Shown here piece after piece: positions 1-9,856 of a DNA stretch of 16,701 nucleotides. Positions within the stretch are counted from its first letter, which is position 1, and each line of letters opens with the position of its first letter. Source of the stretch: a virus. Location of the stretch: the UHGV virus genome UHGV-1600828. One strand, 5' to 3'. The translations under genes and the position numbers were made by a program. The notes beneath the pieces are model-generated. The model was not told the origin of the DNA. It worked only from the letters and a program-made list of their open reading frames with translations, and ran no database searches.

Positions 1-48
1 AAAACACCGAAAGAGATAATTGAAAGGGGTGTTGCATTGACAGATTGA
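1..48 (+). CDS. 3' end of an upstream gene (partial; possibly tail tube or another tail structural protein)
   Basis: Frame 1 is open from the window edge to TGA at 46-48 (…KTPKEIIERGVALTD*). Position is immediately upstream of the tail assembly chaperone. Too short to assign a product. Confidence 0.3.
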   Translation, partial: KTPKEIIERGVALTD

Positions 49-98
49 ATCTACACGGTTGATCTTGAGTTCCACGGTGAAGAAGGGGATTACCAGTA

Positions 99-368
99 AT
101 GAAAGAGCTTGAGTTAAAGAAACCGATTACTGCTCATGGCGAGACACTCTCCGTACTTGAGTTTGATGAGCCCACCGGGAAAGATGTCCGCGAGCTGGGG
201 TATCCCTACCAGATGAATCAGGATGAGTCAGTCAGACTTCTGGCGCATGTGGTATCGAAATACATTGTGCGGCTGGCGAAAGTGCCGCAAAACTCTGTCG
301 ACCAGATGTCTCCGGCAGACCTGAATGCAGCGGCGTGGCTTGTGGCCGGTTTTTTCCTCCAGGCCTGA
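99..368 (+). CDS. Tail assembly chaperone (Mu gp41-like / P2 gpE-like), 89 aa
   Basis: ATG at 99 with AAGGGG upstream. Small acidic protein directly upstream of the tape measure gene. Carries a slippery heptamer near its 3' end. Family assigned from position and architecture. Confidence 0.7.
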   Translation: MKELELKKPITAHGETLSVLEFDEPTGKDVRELGYPYQMNQDESVRLLAHVVSKYIVRLAKVPQNSVDQMSPADLNAAAWLVAGFFLQA

Positions 369-517
369 CGGCTGAATACCTCACTGATCGCTTCTTTGAC
401 TGCGCCAGTTACTGGCGCATTAATCCTTTCGAATTGCTGAATATGCCGATCAGTGAAATTCCCTTGCTGGTCAGTCAGGCAAACAGGATAGAGCAGGAGA
501 AACGCACACATGGCTGA
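335..517 (+). CDS. -1 frame extension of the tail assembly chaperone (predicted fusion product 99..517 via slip at 350-356)
   Basis: Open -1 frame from the slippery site to TGA at 515-517. Its own ATG at 335 has no convincing RBS, so independent translation is unlikely. Arrangement mirrors lambda G/GT and P2 E/E'. Confidence 0.55.
   Translation: MACGRFFPPGLTAEYLTDRFFDCASYWRINPFELLNMPISEIPLLVSQANRIEQEKRTHG
350..356 (+). other. Candidate -1 programmed ribosomal frameshift site T_TTT_TTC
   Basis: Zero-frame codons GGT TTT TTC (348-356) contain a canonical X_XXY_YYZ heptamer. The -1 frame is exactly the frame of ORF 335..517, which ends at 517 overlapping the tape measure start at 510. Confidence 0.6.
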
Positions 518-2342
518 ATTTGAGCTTAAGGCGTTGATCACCGGTGTCGACAGACTTTCTCCCGCGCTGTCGAAAATGCAAAAGAAAATCCGGGGATTTA
601 AACGCCAGGCGGAAGAAGCATCACAGGGTGGGCTGGCGCTTGGTGGCGGACTGGCAGCGGGTCTGACGCTTTCCCTGAAATCTTATGCCGATCAGGAAAA
701 CGCCGCCACCGGGCTGAAAGTCGCCATGATGGATGCGAACGGCGAGGTCGGAAAGAGCTTTCAGGACATCAATAAACTGGCTATTGGCCTGGGTAACCAG
801 CTACCCGGTACAACGGCTGATTTCCAGAACATGATGCAGATGCTGGTGCGTCAGGGGATCCCGGCAGAAAATATTCTTGGCGGTGTGGGTAAAGCGACAG
901 CTTATCTTGCGGTACAACTGAAAAAAACACCGGAAGCGGCTGCTGAGTTTGCTGCAAAGATGCAGGATGCTACCGGAACGGCGTCAGAAGACATGATGGG
1001 GCTGTTCGACACTATCCAGAAGGCGTTTTATCTGGGCGTTGACGATACCAACATGTTGTCCTTCTTCACTAAAACCAGTTCTGTTCTGAAGATGGTGAAC
1101 AAGGACGGTCTTCAGGCTGCACAGAGCCTTGCCCCCATCAGCGTCATGATGGATCAGATGGGGATGAACGGGGAGTCGGCAGGTAATGCCCTGCGAAAAG
1201 TTATCCAGTCCGGATTAAGCGTTAAGAAAATCAGGGACGTTAATAAAGTTATGGCCCGCCAGAAACTCGGGGTACAGCTCGATTTTACTGACGGCAAAGG
1301 GAGTTTTGGCGGTCTTGATAACATGTTCAGGCAACTGGCAAAGCTGCGAAAACTGACCGACGTTAAGCGAACCGGTGTACTTAAGGCAATATTTGGTGAT
1401 GATGCCGAAACCCTTCAGGTGGTCAATGCTCTGATCGATAAAGGAAAGGATGGTTACGATCAGATCCAGCAGAAGATGAATAAACAGGCCAGCCTGAATA
1501 AACGTGTTCAGGCCCAGCTTGGTACGCTGTCCAACCTGTGGGAGGCAATGACGGGGACCGCAACTAACGGCCTTGCGGCTATTGGCGGCGCATTTTCTGG
1601 TGACGTCAAAAATATCACGCAATGGCTGGGGGAGTTAGGGGAAAAATTCACGAAGTTTGCGGATGAAAATCCCCGGGTTATTCGCGGCGTCGTCGGGCTT
1701 GCTGCCGGTCTTGCGATTCTGAAACTGGGATTGATGGGCGTGGGCAGTGCCATCAGTATCGTCAGCAGGATCATGTCGATGACGCCGATTGGCATGATTG
1801 CGACGGCGATTGCCCTGGCTGCGGGATTAATTATCACTAACTGGGATGTTGTCGGACCTTATTTTAAGAAGCTCTGGGAAACCATTAGTCCTTATTTTGA
1901 GGCTGGCTGGGAACTTCTGAAGAAGGTTTTTGCCTGGTCGCCGCTGGGGATGGTGATCAATAACTGGGGACCGGTTGTTAAGTGGTTTCAGGATATGTGG
2001 GATAAGCTGAAGCCGATTATTGAATGGTTTACCGACAGTTCCGGTGACACGGTCGATGCCATTAACTCGGCGCAGTGGGGCGCGGGTGCTTATGATGCTT
2101 ATGGGACGGGAATACCGCCACGGGGATACACTCCTTATCCGGAGGTGGATCCGGCTCAGGCAAACAACGCCTCCGGTGCCACAGGTCCGAATCCCTTCAT
2201 GATTAATAAAGCTACCGCGCCAAAAGTTGATGGTGAGATCAAGGTATCATTTATAAATATGCCACCAGGTATGCGGGTTACGGAAACACGCTCCAGTGGC
2301 ATTGATATAAATCACGATGTTGGCTATACCCGATTTTGGTAG
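510..2342 (+). CDS. Phage tail tape measure protein, 610 aa
   Basis: ATG at 510 with AGGAGA upstream. Long Gly/Ala-rich protein with a hydrophobic segment (…GVVGLAAGLAILKLGLMGVGSAISIV…). Sits between the chaperone/frameshift gene and the baseplate genes. Confidence 0.85.
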   Translation: MAEFELKALITGVDRLSPALSKMQKKIRGFKRQAEEASQGGLALGGGLAAGLTLSLKSYADQENAATGLKVAMMDANGEVGKSFQDINKLAIGLGNQLPGTTADFQNMMQMLVRQGIPAENILGGVGKATAYLAVQLKKTPEAAAEFAAKMQDATGTASEDMMGLFDTIQKAFYLGVDDTNMLSFFTKTSSVLKMVNKDGLQAAQSLAPISVMMDQMGMNGESAGNALRKVIQSGLSVKKIRDVNKVMARQKLGVQLDFTDGKGSFGGLDNMFRQLAKLRKLTDVKRTGVLKAIFGDDAETLQVVNALIDKGKDGYDQIQQKMNKQASLNKRVQAQLGTLSNLWEAMTGTATNGLAAIGGAFSGDVKNITQWLGELGEKFTKFADENPRVIRGVVGLAAGLAILKLGLMGVGSAISIVSRIMSMTPIGMIATAIALAAGLIITNWDVVGPYFKKLWETISPYFEAGWELLKKVFAWSPLGMVINNWGPVVKWFQDMWDKLKPIIEWFTDSSGDTVDAINSAQWGAGAYDAYGTGIPPRGYTPYPEVDPAQANNASGATGPNPFMINKATAPKVDGEIKVSFINMPPGMRVTETRSSGIDINHDVGYTRFW

Positions 2343-2370
2343 CCAGGATTCCCCTCACAGGTATTGCTGG

Positions 2371-2398
2371 TTGTAAGTCATAAATAGAGTGATAGAAT
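2371..2398 (+). promoter_or_regulatory. Candidate sigma70-type promoter for the moron (TTGTAA -16 nt- TAGAAT)
   Basis: -35-like TTGTAA at 2371-2376 and -10-like TAGAAT at 2393-2398 with a 16-nt spacer, in the AT-rich gap after the tape measure stop. Pattern match only. Confidence 0.3.
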
Positions 2399-2433
2399 TA
2401 ATGCACATTTAGAAAAATGTTAATAGGCGAAAA

Positions 2434-2964
2434 ATGAAAGGCTATATCACAGCAAGTGTAATTCTTGGAGCAGCGGCTATTTTTTCATCTCTCATAATCT
2501 CTGGCAACATCTCCTTTAAAGATGAACATATTATTCAGTTATCTGGAGGAGCCATAAAACTTGGTGATGTTTATAAAGAAAATAAATTGATAAGTGCAAA
2601 GATTATTTTTCCAGATAATCAGGGTGAACAGATTCTTGTTGTCGACGGCAATCCTGAAAACTTTAAGGAGGATTTTCAGGAGAAATTAAATAAAGTAATA
2701 AAAACTTTAAATGCGTCAAAGAAAAAAGATGAAGAGAAAGTTAGCCTGGATAATTTAAGTGTTATTGAAGAGTCTAAACTAGAGCTCGTTTCTGCGGTGC
2801 GTTACTCTGCTCAGTATGTTCCTATGTTTACTCTGACGCTGGACAAAAAAGAAATTACCATGCCTAAAAATACGGTAATATTTCCATTTGCCAGCGATGA
2901 AACAGCTAAGTATTTAAATGAACAACAGCAAAAGTATAAAGATTCGTTGTTTCTGACTCGCTAA
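2434..2964 (+). CDS. Moron-encoded membrane-anchored or secreted protein of unknown function, 176 aa
   Basis: AT-rich ORF inserted between GC-rich tail genes. N-terminal hydrophobic stretch (MKGYITASVILGAAAIFSSLIISG) followed by a Lys/Glu-rich body. Has its own promoter-like and terminator-like signals. No recognisable catalytic motif. Confidence 0.6.
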   Translation: MKGYITASVILGAAAIFSSLIISGNISFKDEHIIQLSGGAIKLGDVYKENKLISAKIIFPDNQGEQILVVDGNPENFKEDFQEKLNKVIKTLNASKKKDEEKVSLDNLSVIEESKLELVSAVRYSAQYVPMFTLTLDKKEITMPKNTVIFPFASDETAKYLNEQQQKYKDSLFLTR

Positions 2965-2983
2965 TTAATAAAATTCATTACAA

Positions 2984-3010
2984 GGCCACCTTCTAATAGG
3001 TGGCTTTTTA
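2984..3010 (+). terminator. Rho-independent terminator-like hairpin after the moron
   Basis: Stem GCCACC (2985-2990) / GGTGGC (2999-3004), 8-nt loop, then TTTTT (3005-3009). Confidence 0.6.
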
Positions 3011-3025
3011 ATTTTCGGAGTATAT

Positions 3026-4354
3026 ATGACGTGGAAAGACAGGCTTCAGGACGCGTCATTTCGCGGCGTGCCGTTTAAGGTTGAAGAAGAAAGTGCGGGA
3101 ACCGGTCGCCGTGTGGAAACACATGAATACCCGAACCGCGACAAACCCTATACCGAAGACCTGGGGAAAATCACTTTTCGCCCGTCCATCACGGCTTATG
3201 TGGTGGGAGATGACTGCTTTGACCAGCGCGATCGCCTGATTGAAGCGCTGAATAAACCAGGTCCCGGCACGCTTGTCCACCCGACATATGGTGAGCTGAA
3301 AGTCTGTGTTGACGGGGAAGTTCGGGTCAGCACATCGAAAAGTGAAGGGCGTATTGTCCGCTTTGACCTGAAGTTTGTCGAAGCAGGAGAACTCTCTTAC
3401 CCCACATCAGGTGCGGCGACGGCGCAGACGCTGATGTCATCCTGTTCTGCACTGGATGACTGCATCAGTGACAGCTTCAGCGGTTTCAGTATCGATGGTG
3501 TGGCGGATTTCGTGCAGAACGACGTTATCGGTAATGCCAGCATAATGCTGGGGTATGTTTCTGATGCGATGAAAGTGGTGGATTCTGCCGTATCGGATGC
3601 CGCCAGGCTGTTGCAGGGGGATATCTCGGTACTTCTGCCGCCGCCATCGTCAGGCAAAAATTTCGTTGAGCAGGTGCAGAAAATGTGGCGTACCGGGAAA
3701 CGCCTTTATGGTAACGCCAGCGACCTGGTCACCATGATCAAAACGCTTTCTGGTGTCAGCCTCGGCAGCGATTTGCAACCGCGCGGCGTCTGGAAAACGG
3801 ACAGTAAAACCACCGCCACAGCGACGCAGCAGCGTAACATGGTTGCCAGCACCCTTCGTACGACTGCAATCAGCGAAGCGGCGTATGCCGTTACCCGATT
3901 GCCTGCGCCAACAACTTCTGCGGTGATGCAGAATGCCGCAGTGGGGCAGTCAACAACACCCGCGCAGAGCTCCGGCTGGCCTGCCGTCACGCATCCGGTG
4001 CTGAACAATGCACCGGCGGTGAAAAACACGGTTGACCTGCCAACGTGGGAAGAACTGACCGACATTCGCGACACACTGAATACGGCAATTGATAAGGAGT
4101 TGTCCCGTACAACCAGTGATGCGCTGTTTCTGGCTCTGCGCCGGGTGAAAGCAGATCTGAATGCGGATATCAACACGCGCCTTGAACAGTCTGCTCGGAT
4201 CATTCAGCGCACGCCGGATGAGGTTTTACCCGCGCTGGTGCTGGCGGCGACCTGGTTTGATAACGCGGCGCGTGACGCGGACATTATCCGGCGTAATGCC
4301 ATTACGCATCCCGGCTTTGTGCCGGTAATCCCTCTGAAGGTGCCAGTGCAATGA
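3026..4354 (+). CDS. DNA circularization protein (Mu N/gp43-like), 442 aa
   Basis: ATG at 3026 with GGAG upstream. N-terminus (MTWKDRLQDASFRGVPFKVEEE…HEYP…) matches recalled Mu N-family N-terminal domain. Position after the tape measure; ATGA overlap with the next gene. Confidence 0.8.
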   Translation: MTWKDRLQDASFRGVPFKVEEESAGTGRRVETHEYPNRDKPYTEDLGKITFRPSITAYVVGDDCFDQRDRLIEALNKPGPGTLVHPTYGELKVCVDGEVRVSTSKSEGRIVRFDLKFVEAGELSYPTSGAATAQTLMSSCSALDDCISDSFSGFSIDGVADFVQNDVIGNASIMLGYVSDAMKVVDSAVSDAARLLQGDISVLLPPPSSGKNFVEQVQKMWRTGKRLYGNASDLVTMIKTLSGVSLGSDLQPRGVWKTDSKTTATATQQRNMVASTLRTTAISEAAYAVTRLPAPTTSAVMQNAAVGQSTTPAQSSGWPAVTHPVLNNAPAVKNTVDLPTWEELTDIRDTLNTAIDKELSRTTSDALFLALRRVKADLNADINTRLEQSARIIQRTPDEVLPALVLAATWFDNAARDADIIRRNAITHPGFVPVIPLKVPVQ

Positions 4355-5430
4355 ACGACAATGTCACGCTACGGGTAAATGGCCGGGAGTGGAATGGCTG
4401 GACATCGGTGCGCATCGGTGCCGGTATTGAACGGCTGGCGCGGGATTTCAGCGTGGAGATCACCCGCCAGTGGCCGGGAGATGAGGGTATCACCACGCTT
4501 CAGCCGCGCATTAAAAATGGTTCAAAAGTGGAAGTGCTGATTGGTGATGAGCTGGTGATCACCGGCTGGGTGGAGGCGACCCCCGTTCGTTACGATGCCC
4601 GTTCGGTCAGCACCGGTATTGCCGGACGTAGTCTGACTGCTGACCTGATTGACTGTGCAGCCGAACCGACACAGTTTAACGGACGATCGCTGGTACAGAT
4701 TGCGCAGGCGCTTGCTGCGCCTTTCGGCATTGAGGTGGTGAACAGCGATGCGCCGTCGGGTGTTATTCCGGATGTCCAGCCTGATCACGGTGAAACGGTG
4801 ATCGAGGTGATCAACAAAATACTCGGTCAGCAGCAGGCGCTGGCTTATGACGACCCGCACGGCAGGCTGGTGATTGGTGGTATTGGCTCAACGCGGGCAC
4901 ATACCGCGCTGGTACTTGGGGAAAACATCCTTTCCTGTGATACGGAGAAGAGTATCCGGGAGCGGTTTTCAGTTTACCAGGTGGCGGGGCAGCGTGCCGG
5001 AAACGACGATGATTTCGGTGAGGCCACCACCACCGCGCTGCGGGCCCGCACAGAGGATGCATTTATTGCCCGTTACCGTCCGATGTATATCAGGCAGACA
5101 GGGCAGGCTACGGGGGCAGGCTGTATTGCGCGTGCTGACTTTGAAGCCCGACAACGGGCGGCGCGGACGGATGAAACCACCTATGTGGTGCAGGGCTGGC
5201 GACAGGGTAACGGTACGCTGTGGCAGCCCAACCAGCGGGTGATTGTCTTCGATCCGGTCTGTGGTTTCGACAATACCGAACTGCTTGTCTCGGAAGTCAC
5301 GTTTACTCAGGACCAGAATGGCACCCTGACGGAAATCCGTGTCGGCCCACCTGATGCTTATCTGCCTGAACCCGAAGCCCCCGGCGCGCGGAAAAAGAAA
5401 AAAACCAGAGTACAGGAGGACCCGTTCTGA
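4351..5430 (+). CDS. Baseplate hub protein (Mu P/gp44-like; P2 gpD-like), 359 aa
   Basis: Start overlaps the upstream stop (ATGA). Family assigned from position in the conserved Mu-type baseplate gene order. Confidence 0.8.
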   Translation: MNDNVTLRVNGREWNGWTSVRIGAGIERLARDFSVEITRQWPGDEGITTLQPRIKNGSKVEVLIGDELVITGWVEATPVRYDARSVSTGIAGRSLTADLIDCAAEPTQFNGRSLVQIAQALAAPFGIEVVNSDAPSGVIPDVQPDHGETVIEVINKILGQQQALAYDDPHGRLVIGGIGSTRAHTALVLGENILSCDTEKSIRERFSVYQVAGQRAGNDDDFGEATTTALRARTEDAFIARYRPMYIRQTGQATGAGCIARADFEARQRAARTDETTYVVQGWRQGNGTLWQPNQRVIVFDPVCGFDNTELLVSEVTFTQDQNGTLTEIRVGPPDAYLPEPEAPGARKKKKTRVQEDPF

Positions 5431-5978
5431 TGAAGGCGATTGAAACCATACAGCGACAACTCCTCGGCCTGATTGGGCGGGCGGTGGTGAAAAGCATCAG
5501 TGCCGCCACGAAATGTCAGACCGTGGATGTGTCCCTGATTGCCGGTGAACCCAAAGCCGGGGTTGAACATCTTGAACCCTACGGTTTTACCGCAAGGGCA
5601 AACAGCGGTGCGGAAGCGGTGGTGTTGTTTCCGGATGGTGACCGTTCTCATGCGGTGGTTGTTACGGTGTCGGACCGACGCTACCGCCTGAAAGGGCTGC
5701 AGACGGGTGAGGTGGCTGTCTATGACGATCAGGGGCAGTCCGTGACGCTGACCCGGGCGGGGATCGTGGTGGATGGTGCAGGTAAAACGATCACGTTTCG
5801 CAATGCGCCTAAGGCTCGTTTTGAAATGGACCTGGAAGTGACCGGACAGGTGAAAGACCTGTGCGACTCCAGCGGCACCACCATGTCAGCGATGCGGCTT
5901 GCCTATAACGGGCATCGTCACAGAGAGAACGGTCAGGGCAGTAACACCGACAAACCTGATAAAGCGATGGAGGCATGA
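5430..5978 (+). CDS. Baseplate spike/assembly protein V-like (Mu gp45-like), 182 aa
   Basis: TGATG overlap with the upstream gene. Size and position typical of gpV-like spike proteins. Confidence 0.8.
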   Translation: MKAIETIQRQLLGLIGRAVVKSISAATKCQTVDVSLIAGEPKAGVEHLEPYGFTARANSGAEAVVLFPDGDRSHAVVVTVSDRRYRLKGLQTGEVAVYDDQGQSVTLTRAGIVVDGAGKTITFRNAPKARFEMDLEVTGQVKDLCDSSGTTMSAMRLAYNGHRHRENGQGSNTDKPDKAMEA

Positions 5979-6403
5979 TGGAACTGTGGCTGACGGTGAA
6001 CGGTAAACGCACCTGTGCCAGCGCACCGATGGATCCGCTGACCCGTGCCGTGGTGATTTCCCTGTTCACCTGGCGGCGGGCTGAACCTGATGACAATGCC
6101 GACGTCCCGATGGGATGGTGGGGGGATACCTGGCCTGCGGTACAGAATGACCGTTACGGCTCCCGACTGTGGCTGCTTCAGCGCAGCAAACTGACCAATC
6201 AGCTGGTGCAGACGGTAAGGGGGTATATCCGCGAATGCCTGCAATGGATGATTGATGACGGCGTGGTGTCCCGTATTGATCTGGATATCCGCCGCACCGG
6301 GATTAATGAACTGGGTAACAGTATCACTCTCTGGCGTCGTGACGGACCGGTAATGATTTCTTTTGATGATCTGTGGAGTGCGATAACGCATGGCGGACAG
6401 TGA
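5975..6403 (+). CDS. Baseplate wedge protein (Mu gp46-like / gpW/gp25-like), 142 aa
   Basis: ATGA overlap with the upstream gene. Small protein between the spike gene and the J-like gene. Confidence 0.75.
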   Translation: MMELWLTVNGKRTCASAPMDPLTRAVVISLFTWRRAEPDDNADVPMGWWGDTWPAVQNDRYGSRLWLLQRSKLTNQLVQTVRGYIRECLQWMIDDGVVSRIDLDIRRTGINELGNSITLWRRDGPVMISFDDLWSAITHGGQ

Positions 6404-7448
6404 ATTTCAGCGCCCGACGCTGGCAGAAAATATCAGTATGCTCCGTAACGATTTATTCGCCAGGCTGGACGTCAGCGACACGCTCCGGCGCATGGATGAA
6501 GACGTGCGGGCAAAGGTGTATGCGGCGGCGCTGCATACGGTTTACGGTTACATCGATTATCTGGCAATGAACATGCTGCCTGACCTGTGCGATGAGTCCT
6601 GGCTGGCGCGACATGCTGCGATGAAACGGTGTCCGCGCAAGGGAGCCACGGCTGCCAGTGGGTATATGCGCTGGGAAGGTGTCAGCGATGGCCTGAAGGT
6701 GACCGCCGGGAGTGTTATTCAGCGCGATGACCTGGTGCAGTACACGACAACTGACGATGCAACCAGCTCCGGTGGTGTCCTGCGCGTGCCGATCGCCTGC
6801 TCAAGTGCAGGTGCGGTCGGTAACGCTGACGACGGTACGGCATTAATCCTGGTCACGCCGGTGAATGGTCTGCCGTCTTCCGGTGTGGCTGACACCCTGA
6901 CAGGCGGATTTGATACTGAAGAGCTGGAAACGTGGCGCGCCCGCGTCATTGAGCGGTATTACTGGACGCCGCAGGGCGGGGCTGACGGGGACTATGTTGT
7001 CTGGGCTAAAGAAGTGCCCGGCATTACCCGCGCATGGACATACCGTCACTGGATGGGAACGGGAACTGTCGGTGTGATGATTGCCAGCAGTGACCTGATT
7101 AATCCCATTCCGGAAGAATCAACGGAAACGGCGGCAAGACAACATATCGAGCCACTGGCCCCGGTGGCAGGCTCTGATTTGTATGTGTTTAGGCCGGTGG
7201 CACATACGGTGGATTTTCATATCCGCGTGACGCCGGACACACCGGAAATACGGGCTGCCATCACCGCGGAGTTGCGTTCGTTCCTGCTGCGTGATGGTTA
7301 TCCGCAGGGAGAACTGAAGGTATCGCGTATCAGTGAGGCGATTTCCGGTGCGAACGGGGAATACAGCCATCAGTTGCTTGCACCGACAGACAATATCTCC
7401 ATTGCAAAAAATGAACTGGCGGTTCTGGGGACGATTTCATGGACGTGA
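6390..7448 (+). CDS. Baseplate J-like protein (Mu gp47-like), 352 aa
   Basis: Overlaps both neighbours (translational coupling). Size and position typical of baseplate J-family proteins. Confidence 0.8.
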   Translation: MADSEFQRPTLAENISMLRNDLFARLDVSDTLRRMDEDVRAKVYAAALHTVYGYIDYLAMNMLPDLCDESWLARHAAMKRCPRKGATAASGYMRWEGVSDGLKVTAGSVIQRDDLVQYTTTDDATSSGGVLRVPIACSSAGAVGNADDGTALILVTPVNGLPSSGVADTLTGGFDTEELETWRARVIERYYWTPQGGADGDYVVWAKEVPGITRAWTYRHWMGTGTVGVMIASSDLINPIPEESTETAARQHIEPLAPVAGSDLYVFRPVAHTVDFHIRVTPDTPEIRAAITAELRSFLLRDGYPQGELKVSRISEAISGANGEYSHQLLAPTDNISIAKNELAVLGTISWT

Positions 7449-8023
7449 CAAACGATGATTACATCCGTCTGTTGTCGGCACTGTTGCCCCCCGGTCCGGC
7501 GTGGTCAGCCAGCGATCCGGCGATTGCCGGTGCGGCACCGTCATTAACCCGTGTTCATCAGCGTGCGGATGCCCTGATGCGGGAGCTGGATCCGCGCACC
7601 ACCACTGAACTGATAAACCGCTGGGAGCGTCTGTGCGGCCTGCCGGATGAATGTATTCCGGCAGGGACGCAGACCCTTCGCCAGCGTCAGCAACGGCTGG
7701 ATGCGAAGGTTAATCTGGCGGGCGGCATCAATGAGGATTTTTACCTTGCACAGCTTGCTGCCCTGGGCAGACCAGATGCCAACATCACGCGATACGACAA
7801 AAGCACGTTCACCTGCTCATCGGTCTGTACTGACGCGGTGAATGCGCCGGAATGGCGGTATTACTGGCAGGTCAACATGCCAGCCGCCACAAACACCACC
7901 TGGATGACATGTGGCGATCCCTGTGATTCCGCGCTGCGTATCTGGGGCGACACCGTTGTCGAATGTGTGCTTAACAAACTCTGCCCGTCGCATACCTACG
8001 TAATTTTTAAATATCCGGAGTAA
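7439..8023 (+). CDS. Tail protein I-like (Mu gp48 / YmfQ-like), 194 aa
   Basis: Overlaps the J-like gene by 10 nt and lies immediately upstream of the tail fibre gene. Confidence 0.75.
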   Translation: MDVTNDDYIRLLSALLPPGPAWSASDPAIAGAAPSLTRVHQRADALMRELDPRTTTELINRWERLCGLPDECIPAGTQTLRQRQQRLDAKVNLAGGINEDFYLAQLAALGRPDANITRYDKSTFTCSSVCTDAVNAPEWRYYWQVNMPAATNTTWMTCGDPCDSALRIWGDTVVECVLNKLCPSHTYVIFKYPE

Positions 8024-8026
8024 TCC

Positions 8027-8848
8027 ATGCATCGTATAGACACGAAAACCGCGCAGAAGGATAAGTTCGGCGCGGGTAAGAACGGTTTTACCCGTGGTAA
8101 CCCCCAGACCGGCACACCTGCCACCGATCTGGATGATGACTACTTTGACATGTTGCAGGAGGAACTTTGCAGTGTTGTGGAGGCATCCGGTGCCAGCCTA
8201 GAGAAGGGGCGGCATGACCAGCTGCTTACAGCGCTTCGTGCGCTGCTGTTAAGCCGCAAGAATCCGTTTGGCGATATCAAATCGGATGGCACGGTGAAAA
8301 CGGCTCTCGAAAACCTTGGTTTGGGAGAAGGTGCTCCAGCTATTGGCGTTCCGTTCTTCTGGCCGTCCGCCGCAATGCCAAATACTGTAATCGACAGTTG
8401 GTCCAGTATGGTGTTTTTGAAGTTCAACGGCGCGAAATTCTCTGCCACTGATTACCCTGTGCTGGCGAAAGTGTTTCCGGCGCTAGCATTACCTGACGCA
8501 CGGGGTGATTTCATTCGTATCTGGGATGATGGGCGCGGGATTGATGTCGGACGTACCCTACTTTCAGGGCAATCACACACAATTATGGATCATGCACACA
8601 ATATGGAATTGTGGACGGGGGACGGGCTTGCCGCAGGAAGTGCACGGGAAGGAGTAAACCCAGGAATACTGGCTACATACGGTGACGGGGGAATAGTTAA
8701 AACGGACGAACCCGGTCTTAAGGTGCCTTCCTCACTACGAGCTCTTAGCTCTCGTAGTGTTAAACGTTATGGTGAAATTAGTGGAAATGTAGATACAGAA
8801 ACCCGTCCACGAAATATTGCATTTAACTTTCTGGTGAGGGCTAAATAA
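8027..8848 (+). CDS. Tail fibre protein, 273 aa; constant N-terminal part (to ~aa 97) plus the currently expressed variable C-terminal part inside the invertible segment
   Basis: ATG at 8027. An invertase crossover site lies inside the coding sequence at 8304-8329 (…ALENLGLGE…). A silent alternative C-terminus on the minus strand shares the same GLGE junction. 1-nt overlap with the downstream assembly gene. Confidence 0.8.
   Translation: MHRIDTKTAQKDKFGAGKNGFTRGNPQTGTPATDLDDDYFDMLQEELCSVVEASGASLEKGRHDQLLTALRALLLSRKNPFGDIKSDGTVKTALENLGLGEGAPAIGVPFFWPSAAMPNTVIDSWSSMVFLKFNGAKFSATDYPVLAKVFPALALPDARGDFIRIWDDGRGIDVGRTLLSGQSHTIMDHAHNMELWTGDGLAAGSAREGVNPGILATYGDGGIVKTDEPGLKVPSSLRALSSRSVKRYGEISGNVDTETRPRNIAFNFLVRAK
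8304..8329 (+). other. Left invertase crossover site (hix/gix/pix-like, 26 bp) inside the tail fibre gene
   Basis: CTCTCGAAAACC-TT-GGTTTGGGAGAA. Half-sites resemble the Hin-family TTCTC..AAAACC pattern around a 2-bp core (8316-8317). Its inverted partner is at 10177-10202. Confidence 0.6.
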
Positions 8849-9441
8849 TGATACCTGTTTTTGATGAAAATGGGCTGGCTACAGTGCCGGGCGATATGCG
8901 TTGTTTTTATTATAATGCAGTAACGTATGAATATACCGGCTGGTCTGATGAATATATTAATACTGGCGTAAGTATACCCGCCTGTTCCACTGGTATTGAC
9001 CCGGGCGAAAACATCCCGGGAAAAGTGGCAGTATTTACGGGTAAGGGATGGAGCCATGAAGAAGACCATCGCAATGAGACCGTTTACTCAACTGAAAATG
9101 GCGCAGCTGTTACAGTGGATTATATCGGTGCCATCAAAGACGGTTATGTCACGCTTTCACCGTTAACGCCATACGATAAATGGGATGGTGAGAAATGGGT
9201 GACGGATACCGAGGCACAGCATAGCGCCGCAGTAGAAGCGGCAGAAGCACAGCGCCAGTCGCTGATTGATGCTGCAATGGCTTCCATCAGTCTGATTCAA
9301 CTGAAATTACAGGCTGGGCGGAAGCTGACGCAGCCAGAAAACACCCGACTTAACGCTGTGCTGGATTACATTGACGCGGTGACGGCAACAGATACCAGCA
9401 CAGCGCCGGACGTCATCTGGCCTGAACTGCCGGAGGCGTAG
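8848..9441 (+). CDS. Tail fibre assembly protein (currently expressed copy), 197 aa
   Basis: 1-nt overlap with the fibre gene stop. Position and size typical of Tfa/Mu U-like chaperones. Confidence 0.75.
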   Translation: MIPVFDENGLATVPGDMRCFYYNAVTYEYTGWSDEYINTGVSIPACSTGIDPGENIPGKVAVFTGKGWSHEEDHRNETVYSTENGAAVTVDYIGAIKDGYVTLSPLTPYDKWDGEKWVTDTEAQHSAAVEAAEAQRQSLIDAAMASISLIQLKLQAGRKLTQPENTRLNAVLDYIDAVTATDTSTAPDVIWPELPEA

Positions 9442-9856
9442 ACCATTCAATATCTGGCGCACCGGAAGTATCGACCAGTTCCAGTGCGTCCAGATAATCC
9501 AGCCACAAATTATATTGCGCCAGTTCCTCACCTTTCAGACGACCAATTGATGCTTTACCTGGCCATTGTTTACTGTTTATGTATTCGTTGGCCTGGTTAA
9601 TCAATTGCTGCTTTTTAGTTTCGGCTGATGCAATTTGTTCTTCACGTGTTGGTGGAGGAATATCTGCCCATGCAGGCAGTCCATCCTCTCCGACACATCT
9701 GTATTTTCCTTCTGGTGGTGTATCATAGAAATATTCCCTGAAAATTACTTCGTCTATATCAACACCTTTTTCTTCAGGCCATTCACCTTTTTCAACATAA
9801 AGAGACTGAAGTTCGTAAGGATATGCCAGGTTGTTTACGTACAGATATTTCATCAT
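9413..9856 (-). CDS. Alternative tail fibre assembly protein (silent in this orientation), 147 aa
   Basis: Minus-strand ORF convergent with and overlapping the + strand assembly gene by 29 nt. Lies immediately downstream (minus sense) of the alternative fibre C-terminus. Confidence 0.7.
   Translation of the reverse strand: MMKYLYVNNLAYPYELQSLYVEKGEWPEEKGVDIDEVIFREYFYDTPPEGKYRCVGEDGLPAWADIPPPTREEQIASAETKKQQLINQANEYINSKQWPGKASIGRLKGEELAQYNLWLDYLDALELVDTSGAPDIEWSTPPAVQAR

Noticed and set aside
1215-1837. Minus-strand ORFs (1215..1622, 1508..1837) inside the tape measure gene
   Set aside because: Antisense shadow ORFs in a GC-rich coding region, with no RBS and fully embedded in a strongly supported + strand gene.
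3056-6391. Multiple minus-strand and out-of-frame + strand ORFs within the baseplate genes (for example 3706..4203, 4874..5242, 5933..6391)
   Set aside because: They overlap tightly coupled + strand structural genes and have the character of GC-rich frame shadows.
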